DNA of 64,000 nucleotides from Tubulanus polymorphus (Eukaryota > Animalia > Nemertea). The position numbers were made by a program, and so were the translations under genes. Shown piece by piece: positions 39,108 through 52,600 of this stretch (within the stretch, counting starts at the first letter, position 1; each line of letters starts with the position of its first letter). Under the pieces are notes generated by a model. The model was not told the DNA's origin. It saw only the letters and a list, made by a program, of their open reading frames with translations, and did no database searches. The stretch is taken from NCBI RefSeq assembly GCF_964204645.1, contig NC_134035.1:2914001-2978000 (forward strand). Reading direction: 5' to 3'.

Positions 39108-40626
39108 CTGCAAAAAAAAGAAAACATTCATTTACTAAATGATCGGTTGAAAAGTGATTTTTTACAGAAAATTTTCGGATCAGTAACCGAGCTGAAATAA
39201 TGAAACAATTGATTACATATAAACAAAGAGATAAATCGTCGCGATCTGGGAAACAATATTCTAAAGGGTTAGAAAATAAAGCAAAAAAAAAAATGACGAT
39301 GGCTCGCTGAAAATGAAAGTATTATTAAAGAAAAGATATTATAAGTGATTCATAAAAACTGTTCGTGTGAGAGAAATTCATTCGAAATCAAAACTGAGAG
39401 AAATATAAAAAAAACAGTTAATGTTGAGATGATGCTTACCTCCCGTAACTCCCCCTCCCACAGCCGCCCGTCCACGCGACGGGACCACCTCTGTGCAAGA
39501 GGGTGCGGCTGCCGGAGGGTCCGCTGCCTAGGGCGCCTATCCGGGGAGGCAGCAGCTGGAACGGGGTCTGCCAGCTGGTCATCCAAGACAGGACCAAGGT
39601 TCAAGTGAAAGAGGTCTATGGCCTCTTTCACGTCCTCCGGACCATCCTCCACCGTCTCAATTAATATTGGTTCCACTGTAAAATATAAAATAGAAAGAAA
39701 TACATTAACAATCAGGAGAAACAATTAATATATCAAGGGCAGATCCAGTCCCCCGCCTTTAATATCTTGAGGTGCCCTCGAGATATTTTAGGAATTTCTT
39801 TTTCCATTTTATAAAGAAATATCAAGTATTCCCTCATGATGGCTATCGAATAGCCTCGGGCAACAAAATTTCAAAATTTTCTGGGGAGAAACACTTAAGA
39901 CCCCTTTCATCCCTTCACGAGTGCTCATGTGCCCTTCAGTAAACCTTCCAAAAATCCTGGCTCAGCCCTTGTAGATTTACAGTGAACCCAGTGTAGCTAG
40001 TAATCTCATTAATACAAAATGGTTGACTTTCCACTTGAAGTGTGATTGGTTGCCAATAATTTGTGACATCATCATGCAGCAGAATGTGGGATGCGGAAAG
40101 AATACAATATCAGTCTCCATGAGTGACATTGATGGGCTGGTTGAGAGTTTAGGGTTGTCGGGACAGGGTTACTACAGTACAGCACAGAAGTAACTAAACA
40201 TTGTATCATTGTATTGTACAGTCACATGAACAAATAAATAGGTGTTATACCATCAGCGAACCATCACTTAACCATCAGGTGAACCCCTGCCATAACCGCA
40301 AACCATGATTCATGATGATTTGGAAATAATTCTAAATGGTAGGCATGGAAACTTGTTAAAATTGATCTAGTTCATAAAATGCAGTCTATTTTCTCTGATT
40401 CAAATCAGTTCAAGAAGACTTTTTTGGCAATGCTTCAATTAACAGCGTAAAATGGATGCAAAAACGATGGTTTATTCAGACCGCGCGGTATCACTGGTCG
40501 TATTTAAACCAAATTTGATGCGGTATGTGTTTAAAACAATGAGCGACATATGGTATATGGAGTATATTACTTCATGCCTTGCCAAACACTAATTACTTAC
40601 TCACCAAATCACTCAATTAACCTGTT

Positions 40627-40698
<72 letters not shown>

Positions 40699-43600
40699 TA
40701 TATATAATTAATCCGTTTTTAGTCAATATCTCACACCTGACGATGATCTCTAGGGTGAGATCGAAACGTCGTGTTCTTATGTTTTAGATTGTTTCCATAA
40801 ATAAATTCTCGATTTTAGAATTCTTTTAATTTGTAAATAAAGTTGGTTTTTTATCTTATTAACCCTTTCAGTGCTGACTGATCAATACCCTATAGTGCTG
40901 GAGATAATTTGAAAATTTTGAAAAATTCCACCCAAGTGTGTTGAATAACGGGAATAGCACTACAGTGCGTCTACACCACGGCGCGGTGTATCGTTAGTTA
41001 CTGATATTTCACGATGTGTCTGAAAATGGTTGACGCCGCACGAAAATAAATAGGCTTTTGTTATACAGAATTCTGTAAGGGGAACAATGATCTCTTTTTT
41101 CTTTTTCAATTATTTCTAGGATGTACCGTCAATAAGACCCGGGGCTTGATGAGGCAGTGGCTGCGTTACTGTGGCAAGCGAGGATCAGCTAGTGGTTACT
41201 CCTCAATAACCGTGCTTCAATTTCGTCGACACTTCCCGATTGAACTGTAGCCGACTCATCGCTTTATCAATACGCGAAAGTTCACGATTGGTAGAACACT
41301 TTATCCGTGTTGACGCGATGAGGAGAGAATCCCACAATGATAATAAAAAGTCCGAAAATGAAACTTCATAATAATCAGGAATTATTCCTGAAGATGACTA
41401 TTAGGATATAGTCGAAACGTTGAAATAAACTACTATCTCGAAGTTTCATTTTTGGACTTTTTATTATCATGATGTGATCAGTGGAAAGAGAGAGGAGAGA
41501 GTATAAATGCAAAAAGTTGTACTTACATCGCGTCAAAAAATTAAGTAGATACCGCGGATCCGCGGCGATATTCCGCCTTATCTCTTCGATGACTGTAAAA
41601 TAAATAAATGAGAAAAATTATTAGTATTTCATTAAATCATGGACGATCAATAGGAGTTTTACGACGTGGACAATACAGTCAAAGTCTGTTATACTGCCGC
41701 CATACTCCATCAGGAGTGACATGATTATGGGTATTTTAACGTGCTGGATCCAGTTCCACAAATGAGTTAACTCTGAACTCAGGATCCAGTTCCACACATG
41801 AGTTAGATTTAACTCTGAACTCAGGATCCAGTTCTACAGTTACGAGTTAAAGTTAACTCTGAACTCGGGATCCAGGACCCAGTTCCACAGTTGTGAGTTA
41901 CAGTTAACTAAATTAATCATCAGTTATCAACAGTAAGGCGCTCAGTAACATCTTTCATATTTCTGTTCAAATCAGAGACAAATTCAGTATTTCTTGTCAT
42001 AAAATAGTAACAAATACCGAAAATCAGTAACAGTTTGGGCAGCTCTGCTAAAAATGTCTGGCTACAAACGGACATATCTAAATAGGATCATGAATATGTG
42101 TAGACTTACCATTTTCCGTCGCATCGACGGCGGGGGCGGCAGCTGCATTTTCTGCCTATAATATAATAACAATCATGATGTTAAGGTTTAAGAAAACAAC
42201 AAAAAAATTTGTCAAAATTCATGCAGTTTTTACTAGCGTTTCGATAACACGAATCGTAATTAGAGAGATAATGGGGCCAATTCCCTATATGAAATCAAAA
42301 GCTGAAAGAGAGCCTGCAAACAAGAGCATTTCAAGAGCTCAACTAATGCAGCGCAAAGTTTCCAAACAAACCAAGAAATCACAATTTCAAAGTTTTTCTT
42401 GATTTCTCTTTATAGTACATTCGGCGTTCATGTATAGCAGTTCCGGTCCATTGGATAATCCTTTCATCATCGCTTTAATGAAATTTGAACAGTAGGGAAC
42501 TGGCACGCCAGCTATCCCTTCAGATGGCACCGCTTAGGTATGTGAGACAATCTAATGGGACAGAAAGTGAACAAGAAGTGCGACAAGTCGTCGTCAAATT
42601 AGAGCATTGATATTTTTTCGCGCATCTCTTATTGTATTAATAGTGAGCACTGGATCATATCATTACGGTTAAAAATACCCGACTATTTGATATCTCTAAT
42701 TTGAGTAGTTTTCACCTGAATATATGACAGCGCAAGGGCTCTAATAACTTACTCTTCGGCGTCTCAGCCGCGGCGATCGCCTCAGCGGCGGTATCTCGTC
42801 TCTCTGGAAAAAACAAAACAATCAACAGTGATTAAATCATCGAAACATTAAATGATTTCTTACTGATTGGAGAATTCGGTATCAGAATAGCTCGGTAGGA
42901 CCAGAGAGATTCAGGGATTCTATATGTGAATAGCTCGGTAGGACCAGAGATTCAGGGATTCTACATGTGAATAGCTCAGTAGGACCAGAGAGATTCAGGG
43001 ATTCTGTATGTCTTCCTGTTCATTGACGTGTCAGTAATGATCAACACATTCAGTGTATTTGATGCATTATAATTATTTTCACTTATAGTTCAAACTTACA
43101 TCAGCTTGCGGCGGCGGCGGCGGCGTCGCAGGTGTTTCAGTCTAAAAAGTAAAAAAACGATATTTCCATTGGTTATAAAAACATGAAAATGATTCATTTC
43201 AATTTAATATAATAAAACTTGGTTCCACAGTTCAGGACCCAGTCCCACAGTTACAGAACCTGGCTCCGCAGTTCTGGACCCAGTCCCACAGTTACAGAAC
43301 CTGGCTCCGCAGTTCTGGACCCAGTTCCACAGTTTGAAGTTATGATCTAGTAAAGAGATACCGATCCTAGTTTTCCAGCCAATGATATTCAGTTAGTTCC
43401 GTGCGATGGTCATCAAGCCGATTGTCATCAATTTCTAGATCTCTCCCTGTCCCGCCGCCCCAGAATTAGGTATTTTTACTTTTTTTTGGTTTCGATTTTT
43501 TGGTGCCACGAGATCCAAAGCAGAAGAATTCTACACTATTTTAATTCTTTTTCCGATGCAGATTTTGAAAACAATAAAATATCCTCATAATCATTGGTGA

Positions 43601-46600
43601 ACCACAATGATAATAATCTACATGACTTAAAACAGGAAATAATGGTCAAGTCTTCATGAATAACCATGAACTGTGGGTGCAGAGACGCGAAAATCACTTG
43701 AAAAGTGGTTTGAACGCTCGGACAACTGGAAACATTTAAAAATTTGTCAGTTTTTACCATAGTTTATCATTGTTACAATGGTGGTTGTCACCTATGTTGA
43801 GGATTTACCGCTAGGGGCAACATTGAAACCCGGTCTATGAAATCGGGCCAAGGTTGAGGATTTACCCCTAGGAGAAAATGATGTGGTCTATAAAACCCTG
43901 CCCAGATTATCAATAAACTTATTTGAAATTAGCTTCACTTAAAATGATTTGACTCAAATCAAACTTACTTTAACCGGTCCGACGCGTGCCCGTTTAGGGC
44001 TAACGGGGTCCTATAAAATAAAAACAAGTTGAAATCAACATCCAGAATTTTCAAACATATTTCTGAAGGAAATCTCAATTTCAGATTATCTTAATAATCT
44101 TTGGTGAGCCACGAAAATGATAATCTACACAACTAAAAAATGTAAATGAATAACCATTAACTGCGGGTGCAGAAACGACAACACCACTTGCAAAAAGGGC
44201 TTCAACAAACTCTCCACAATCACAAGAGGCACGTACTACCATCGCGAAAATCTTGTGCCTTTTTTTCCATGCCCAAAATAGATGTTCAAGCCACTTGGAA
44301 AGTGGTTTTTTTCACATCGACAAACTCTCGTCGCAATCACAAATCATACTTGTCGTAAGCTTAAACTTTCACAAGATCCCGTCGGCAGGCGGACAGACGG
44401 AGAGACAGGCGGACAGACGGAGAGACAGGCGGACAGACGGAGAGACAGGCGGACAGACGGAGAGACAGGCGGACAGACGAACGGACTGTAAAATGATTTG
44501 ATGAAATTCAAACTCACCGATGCCGGTACCTCGAGCTTCCTCTTCTATAAAATAAAAAATCAACTTTAGTTTAACGACGTCAACAAAAATTCAGACATAT
44601 TTCATCTGCAGTCGTTTGTGTTCAACTGTAAATTCAATAGAAATGTTCACAATATTTACCGGCACATTCACGCACGTGTGGAATTCATTTCTCTACATAA
44701 AAAGAAAAACAAGAGCTCAATTTAGCATTTATGAAAATCAGAATAAATTATCTCGAATCTCGCATTTTTTTAATAGCTTGGTTGACAGGGTAGACTATTG
44801 AAATATCATTTCGGAAAATTTAAAAAAAAAAGAACTCGCTCAGCGCGATAAACACAGTTTTTGAAGGAAGAGGGAACGATCGATAGGGCAATATACATAT
44901 GTCCAAAACAATGATCCTTGGAAAGTTCGAATTCTGCACACAAATGTGATCAAAAAAAGAATAAACGTGCGTTTTTCAATTTTTTCATCATTCAAGCCGG
45001 GATTCTCATTCGGCGAAGGTGAAAAACTTTTTTGCTCGTTTTCCACTGAATTTGTTCCACGGATGGGAGTAAAAAAAAATTCTACTTTTGACTTTTCTTC
45101 AAATTTCGGGAGGCGGTTCCCGTAAACCAAGCTATTTAAGAAAAAGCCTCATCTGGTGAACCATCAAAAATAGTTATTATTACGTTATAGGTTGTTACTA
45201 ATGATCGGATTTATGAGAACCACAACGGTATAGTGTACATTATGGAATAAAGTTCAAGTTTTTGTCAGTAGATGGCAGGCAGGTGGTATTTATAAAGTCA
45301 CTGGGTGTCAACATGTGTAACTGAAATTGTCTATTGTAAACTTACGTCAATTTGCACAATACGCGCGATTTCCGATTCCTAGAAATGTAAAGAAAAAAAA
45401 TTCTGAAATCAAGTTTTGAATAACTATACCACGGATGAAAGATTCCATGATCGAAATTCTTAGTTGACCCTCGATTTAGAGACTATTTTGAGGATAATTG
45501 AACCGATGGATGCTGCGTGACATGATTTCAATATTCTACTAACTCGGTCTGAAGAATATTCACATCGATACAAAACTGTGACCGAGCCGCAACTTTTAAA
45601 CATTCTTAGTTTCACTTAAAAACATTGCTTCACGCTATTATCAATGCCAATTTTACGAATAATATGAACTCGGTAAGATGAATATTCGCATCGATACAAA
45701 CTGTGACCGAGTGCGACTACTTTCAAACACTCTTTAGATATAACTGGCTTCAGCTGTGATTAATTTAGGACCGAAGATACTACTCTATATAGCTTAATCA
45801 GTAGCGGATCCAAACTAGATTCCATTGTATTCCGGAATATAGTCAGAATAACATTTTTTTTTTTAAAGTAACTCGATCCAACAGAATGTCCCAGATACAA
45901 GGAAATTAGAACATATTTCAAAATTTTTATTGGTTAGGACCCCTAAACTGCGGCAGCTGCAGCGGTCAGGCAAAAAATATCTTTAAGGAATATAGCCAAA
46001 TTCACCAGCCCCCCACGGAACTGCCCCTAAGTAATGACATTTTAGAATTGAACCCATGATACAATATAGCGGCTGCAGCGCTGCAAACAGATCGGTCACA
46101 ATTACCAGTGTTTATGTTTTCCAACAACAAATAAGCTAGCAAAAACTAGGTGCCTTTAGCCTACGAGCAAAATTGGTCGTAGCTTTAGCCAAGTTTGACC
46201 TTGGTGGAGATATGCTATGGGATCTCTTAGAACATGGATATTTCAGCAGGAAAATCAATATCAGATTATAATAATCTGGTGAACTACGAAAATAATTATC
46301 TTTTACAACTTACGATAATGGTAGGAGCCTCGGGCTCCGGCGGCGGCGGCTCTGGGAAATCATCATTCTAGTAATCAAAATAACATGAAATATCATGAAA
46401 AATTCTAGCTAACCCTAAAAGCGAGTATATATGGAGCCACCCACTAATGAAAGGGATGGCTCCAAATTCACTGAGAACGAGTAGGCGATCAAAAGGATAT
46501 TTACCCAAAGGTCGTCGAATAAATTGATGTCCTATAAAAAAGAATACAAAAAATTTATTAAGATAAAATGTACGTATGTTTTTGGTAAATGACACTTACT

Positions 46601-49600
46601 GATCACAAGTGACATATGGTCACGATAGTATCACAATTGCTTGCCAGTGAGGCTAGGCGTTCACCAGAGCCAAGTTTCATAGATGTTGGGAAAAAATAAT
46701 ACCAGCTGGGATCATTTCGAAATTTTTCAGTTATTACCAAGGTTTTCATTATGAAGTTGTCACCTATGTTGAAGATTTACCTATCGGCAACCAACAGGGC
46801 TGCCAACCTCTGAAAAGTGCTATCAGTAACAAATTGCAATATGAAAATAAATGTTCAAATCAATCAGTAATCAACAGTAAGACCCTCAGTTAGATCTTTC
46901 ATACTTCTCATATGCATCGAACAAATCAAATCAGTATTTCTTGTCATAAAAGAGTAACAAATACCGAAAATCAGGAACAGTTGGCAACTCTGGGTAACAT
47001 TGATATCCGGTTTACAAAATCGGGCTCAGGTTGAAGAAATACCTCTAGGGTATTATTGATATACAGTCTATGAAACAGGGCTAAGGTTATCAATATTTAA
47101 CATCGATATCGAAAATGATTTAATGAAATTGAAACTTACCTCGTCACGCGGAATCTTCGGCGGGCTTACGGGTTGCTGTAAAATATTTAAAAAAAGTTGA
47201 AATCAACATTCAGAATTTTGATACACATTTCTTTAGTAAATCTCAACTTTCAGATAGTCATAATCTATATTGAACCACAATGATAATAATCTACACGACT
47301 TAAAACAGGAAATAATGGTCAAGTCTTCATGAATAACCATAAGCTGTGGGTGCAGAGACGTGAACATCACCGACCGACCGACCGACCGACCGACCGACCG
47401 ACCGACCGACCGACCGACCGACCGACCGACCGACCGACCGACCGACCGACCGACCGACCGACCGACCGACCGAGGGTAGACCACCCTGATTTTGGTAAAA
47501 ATCTATCAAATTCCCCAATCTTTCTGATTCAATGAGATTGTCAGGTTGTCTAGGACATTAGCACCCTTGAATTGCTGAACAATGCCTATACCACTGGCGA
47601 TTGTGAGATCCTATCTATGGACGAAAAGACAGATTGAAAGTAATAACGGGAGAACGATTCGATAGAATTCAAACTGACCTCGTCGACGGATCGGCGTCGC
47701 TTTCTGGTGACCTATAAAATAAACGAGCAACATTTAGATTTAATCATTTTTCATTTTCAAGTTCATGATCACGTGTAGTTCGAACATGGAAAGCATTTCA
47801 TGAGAGAAATTGAGTGGAGCCGATTTAAGACTGCGAGGAAAGATATCAGTAATGTCAGTGATGAGCGAAAACTAAAAACATGGCCAAAACTTACTTCTTT
47901 CGTTGTTGTTATTGTTTGTTTGCTCTGATGCCATGAAAGAAAAAAAGAGAATTAATTTTAGTTTTGTTATTTTATGTTCAGTAGCACACGTAGGTATCAA
48001 TATACGTAATAAATGAGTTCTAAGCGACGGATGCCTCGTTATAGATATTGTTTTGATTCTGTATCGTTATTTAATAAAACGAACAGGAGAATTTTTATGA
48101 CTTTGTTCCCGGTATGAAATACATTGGCTGTCAGATAGAAATGAACACGACAGAAAATCCATGATACAGAAAAATGCTGACTTACTTCCTTCGGTGCTGT
48201 TGCTGTTGGTTTCTGTTGCAATAAAAGAAAGAAAATTCAGTAAGTTTTTTTCTTATATTTCATATTCAGCAGGAAACGTTAATAAACACAGTAGACATAA
48301 AAACTGGACAGGTTTATATAGATATCTGTATCTGAAAAATGATTTTGATGTCATTAGCATAAATATCTTACATTAAGTTAAGTGCAATTCCTGAGTGCTA
48401 ATGGATTAAAGTTGATGTTAAGACAGGATCATCTACGAGGGAATACACGGGAAACGAATGACGCTTAATTATAAAATTGAAACTTACTCGTACAGGAATG
48501 GCCGCTGCCGCTGCCGGAGCTGTTGCTGTTGGTTTCTGTTGCAATAAAAGAAAGAAAATTCAGTAAGTTTTTTTTTTTATATTTCATATTCAGCAGCAAA
48601 CGTTAAACACAGAAGACACAAAAACTGGGCAGGTTTTATATCTGTGTCTGGAAATCGATGAAAATCGCAAAAAATAATTGCCCATAGGCCAAGAGGTTTA
48701 CCACAGCCTTATGAAATGCTTATATCAGGTAACGAAATAGGGATGTAAAGTGTAAGGTGCGAGAAGTTTCGGTCTCGGTTAGAGAAATGAACGTAATCAT
48801 AAAATCGTAATTATAAAATAGAAACTTACTCGTGCAGGAACGGCCGCTGCTACTGCAGCTGTTGTTGTTGGTTTCTGCTGCAATAAAAGAAAGAAAATTC
48901 AGTTTTGTTTTAAATTTCATATTCAGCAGCAAACGTTAATAAACACAGTAGACATAAAAACTGGACAGGTTTATATAGATATCTGTATCTGAAAAATGAT
49001 TTTGATGTCATTAGCATAAATTTCTTACATTAAGTTAAAATCAAACATGCCACATGGTAAATCATTTTGAAGGGAATCGAACTCAGATTAAATTCTGTAA
49101 CTTTTGACAAAATTCTGATGAAAAGCTCTTTAAGAATCGATTGTTATATTATTTGATGATCATTGGTTTACATATATCTGTTGGTTAATATTATCAATGA
49201 ACTTGTGGTCCAGTCGCCAATCCCACGCGAAAAATGATTTGGACGCTTGATAATCAGACTTATTTAATATTCAACGCCCCCCGGTGAAAATATACAAAAA
49301 CCGTTGACCTTGAAACTCGTCACTATCATAGAAAATGTCGCAAGTGAACAGATGGAGAGATGAACAGACGGACAAAAAAGTCCATGATACAGAAAACTTC
49401 AAACTTACAAATGCTGCTGCTGTTTTTGCTGCTGCTGCTGCTGCTGCTTTCGTCTGCTATAAAAGAAAAGAGAATTCATGAATTTCTTGCGTTATTTCGT
49501 ATTCAGTTGCAAACATTAAACATAGATCATATCTTGATTAAAACAAAAGAAACAAAAAACAAGTTTTTAACCTGTGTTTGGAAAAACTCTGATATTTATG

Positions 49601-52600
49601 TAACTTTGAAATTGATATTTCTGTATTCGTTTGTTTTACGGTTTAAAAGATATAAAGTCCATTAAACAGACAAATTCAAACTTACTTCTAATGCTTTTTT
49701 TTTCCTTTCCCTCTGGAAAGAAAAGAGAATTAATTTATTTAGTTTTGTTATTTCAGACTCAGTAACTGTGTGACCTAAATCCGCCTGTAATTATTCGAAA
49801 GAATTTACTTACTTCCATTTTTCTCTTCTCTTTCAGAGTCTATTAAATAAAAACGATTCAATTAAATTCTTTTTCTATTTTCAAGAGTGATGAGAGTAAT
49901 CAACAATAGAAATTTCGGCGACGATAAACTAGAAATTATTGTGTGATTGTTTGGTATCAGCTGAGCTGTTAAAATGAGGAGAAACTAAAACTTAGCAAAG
50001 TGGCAACAACTGGAAGACAGGTAAAGAATGTTGCAGTCTTCGTAAAAAACGACAGAGTTTACTTAATTTGTTATTGACTTCGAAAGAATTAAGCTTAGCC
50101 GTCTTAAAGCGAAGTTTCACGGGAATCCATCGAGAAATACAGGGCAAACTTTGGTTTTTCGTAGCTAGTCGACCAATGGTTGGAAATCACTGAACGCGCG
50201 ATAGCTCAGTCGAAACATATTCCAGCCATCTTGGAATCATGAAGTCCGAACTACAGCGACCGTGCTCAATACCACAGTCGATCATTTCTGACTATAGTCA
50301 TAACTGACATTCTGTTGCACTTAGTTCACAAATAGTCGACTAACTGCGATAACCAAAGTTCGTCCAGGCTTTGTCGCGCTAAAAATAAATTCAAGATGGC
50401 CGCCGATGACATCCTTCAATAGGGGTTAACGTGTGCCCTATATCGCACCGAGGATTGCAGGCTGGATGATGCTGGGACTGCACACACTGAGTAAGATTAG
50501 ATGGCCCCCACAACCGAAGAAACATTAATATACTCTCATATTATAGTTGTCATAATCAAGTATGGATATTATTAACACTATTATTCTTACCTCCTGCGCG
50601 ACGAGCCGGTCGCGTAGTTCGTGGGCGTACTCGTAGCAGTTGTCAACTGCTACTTTCGGCCCACGAACTACCACAATGGCGTGTACCCTCGGCGTATCTA
50701 CGATCACTTGCTGTAAATAGAGAACAAAAGAGACTGTATGAGCATTTTAAATCAGTAGCAGTTTGAAAGTGATGAGAAATAAACGTCATTCACTGAAAGC
50801 TCGTTATATACAACAATGAATTTCAGTAATCTGTTCGTTTATAATCGATATGAAATTATTAAAATGTTTTATTTTGGACGGAATTCTCAGGTTTATAATA
50901 AAACTAAGAAATAGTTAGATAAGTCGTTATATCCAAAGTCATTTTAACGTGAAAGTAATGAATTGAATACAAAATGTATAGAGCATTTTCACCCTTTGAC
51001 TGTTTAATTTATGTAATCAAAGTGGCTCCCCCTAGGGTAAGCTGCACTTCCTTTGAAATCAATCTTTTTCACATTACCGGATGTTTTCGCGTCAGCGTCT
51101 TCTGGAACGAGGCCCTGAGCGACGTCCCCAACTTTAATTCGAAAACTGTTTCGATTTCCTGAAATATAAATGAAAAATTTTACATCTCCATAAATATCAA
51201 TTAGAGGAAAACTGAGAGGTGTTTATTGACACCTTGAATGACACATGAATTGCTTGTCAACGATTGACGATATATGAATTAATCGGGGTCGAATTCTGTA
51301 TTTTCCTTTCATAGGAATGAAAGTTACGAAAGCAGTGTTGTCGTATGTCAGTTACATCTTTATTCTTCAAGTTCTCCGTGTTCCTGTTCCGTCCGATGAG
51401 TCGGGGTAGTCAATCAGTGTGACTACTAGCAGGATCAATAAATATATGTTGAATTTGAATATATCGATGATTGAATTGAACTGACCGGCAAAATCTCTAG
51501 TCTCTAGCCCCGATATATCAACGAGGTAATACCGGTACACAAATGTCTATTGCCAATAAGACATATATAAAATTTATCGAACAGAAAACATACAGAATGA
51601 AATATGTTATATTCAGAGTTGCCACTTATGTGAAGCTAAAAATCCGGAAAATAAGTCGGGGGTCTGGGGCCCTCCCCCCCAAAAAATTTTTAAATTAGAA
51701 CGCCAGGAGATGCGTTCTGGCGCAATACGCGTTATAGGCCTCACTTTCATTACCGCCTATAGATCTTTTTTTCAAATAGCAATTGGCTCCGGCAAATACA
51801 CCTCATATATAAACCAGAGCCAAAAAACAAACGAAGCGTCAGTCGATTTCGATCGTCGCGTCATCTTGGTTTAATCGTGTACTGCGCGCGGGGTTGTTGC
51901 CACTACGTGGCAGCACAATACGGCTTTTTCGAACCCTCTACGGAGCCGTCACGTTTTGATGTTTAGGGTCGAATCCCGAATTGATTTTATTTTTTTCGCG
52001 ATGTTTTCTTTTGTGGTTATTTGACTTCTCCCGAAAATCCGGAAATGAAATTGGATTTTTTTTAAATCCGGAATTCCGGAGAAATCCGGAGAAGTGGCAA
52101 CACTGTATATTACAAAATGGATAAGCGAACATTCACAATTGTAATTGTTATTTTGAAATGCTTCAATATTGAAATCTTCACCTGTCAAGGGATTCGAACC
52201 CACTACGCTAAAGCTGTTCCCCGAACCCCCTGACCTCACGAGTCGATGGAGTCGTTACTAGCCGACCAGAATCCGGTCGTACCAATCACAGCGCTTGTAA
52301 CAAACCGTCAGTAGACTTATGTTGGTTTTCCCGTTAAATAGACCAATCAGCGAACGTTTTACCGAACAAGGAAGTATTTCGCAAATCGATATATGACGTC
52401 ACGCGCAACAGCGCCAGTAATGAAATCACGCTTCATGAGGCCAGGGGGCTGGTGGAAGCGAGTTCGGGAGTGATACCGGACCACTGGCAAGCGTTATATT
52501 ACAAAATGGATAAGCGAACATTCACAATTGTAATTGTTATTTTGAAATGCTCCAATATTGATGACGTAGCGCACATTGACTCACACAAAACCATAGGCGT

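Noticed and set aside
38702-39142. Plus-strand 146-aa Pro-rich ORF
   Set aside because: Antisense shadow of GC-rich terminal exon 39; the splice signals support the minus strand.
40601-40621. Candidate extra 21-nt microexon next to (TA)n
   Set aside because: Poor acceptor, and it would introduce an in-frame TAA in the required phase.
38646-47711. Calling the gene a protamine/sperm nuclear basic protein
   Set aside because: Arg clusters are short and offset by many acidic and Pro/Ala/Thr-rich exons, so no gene symbol can be supported.
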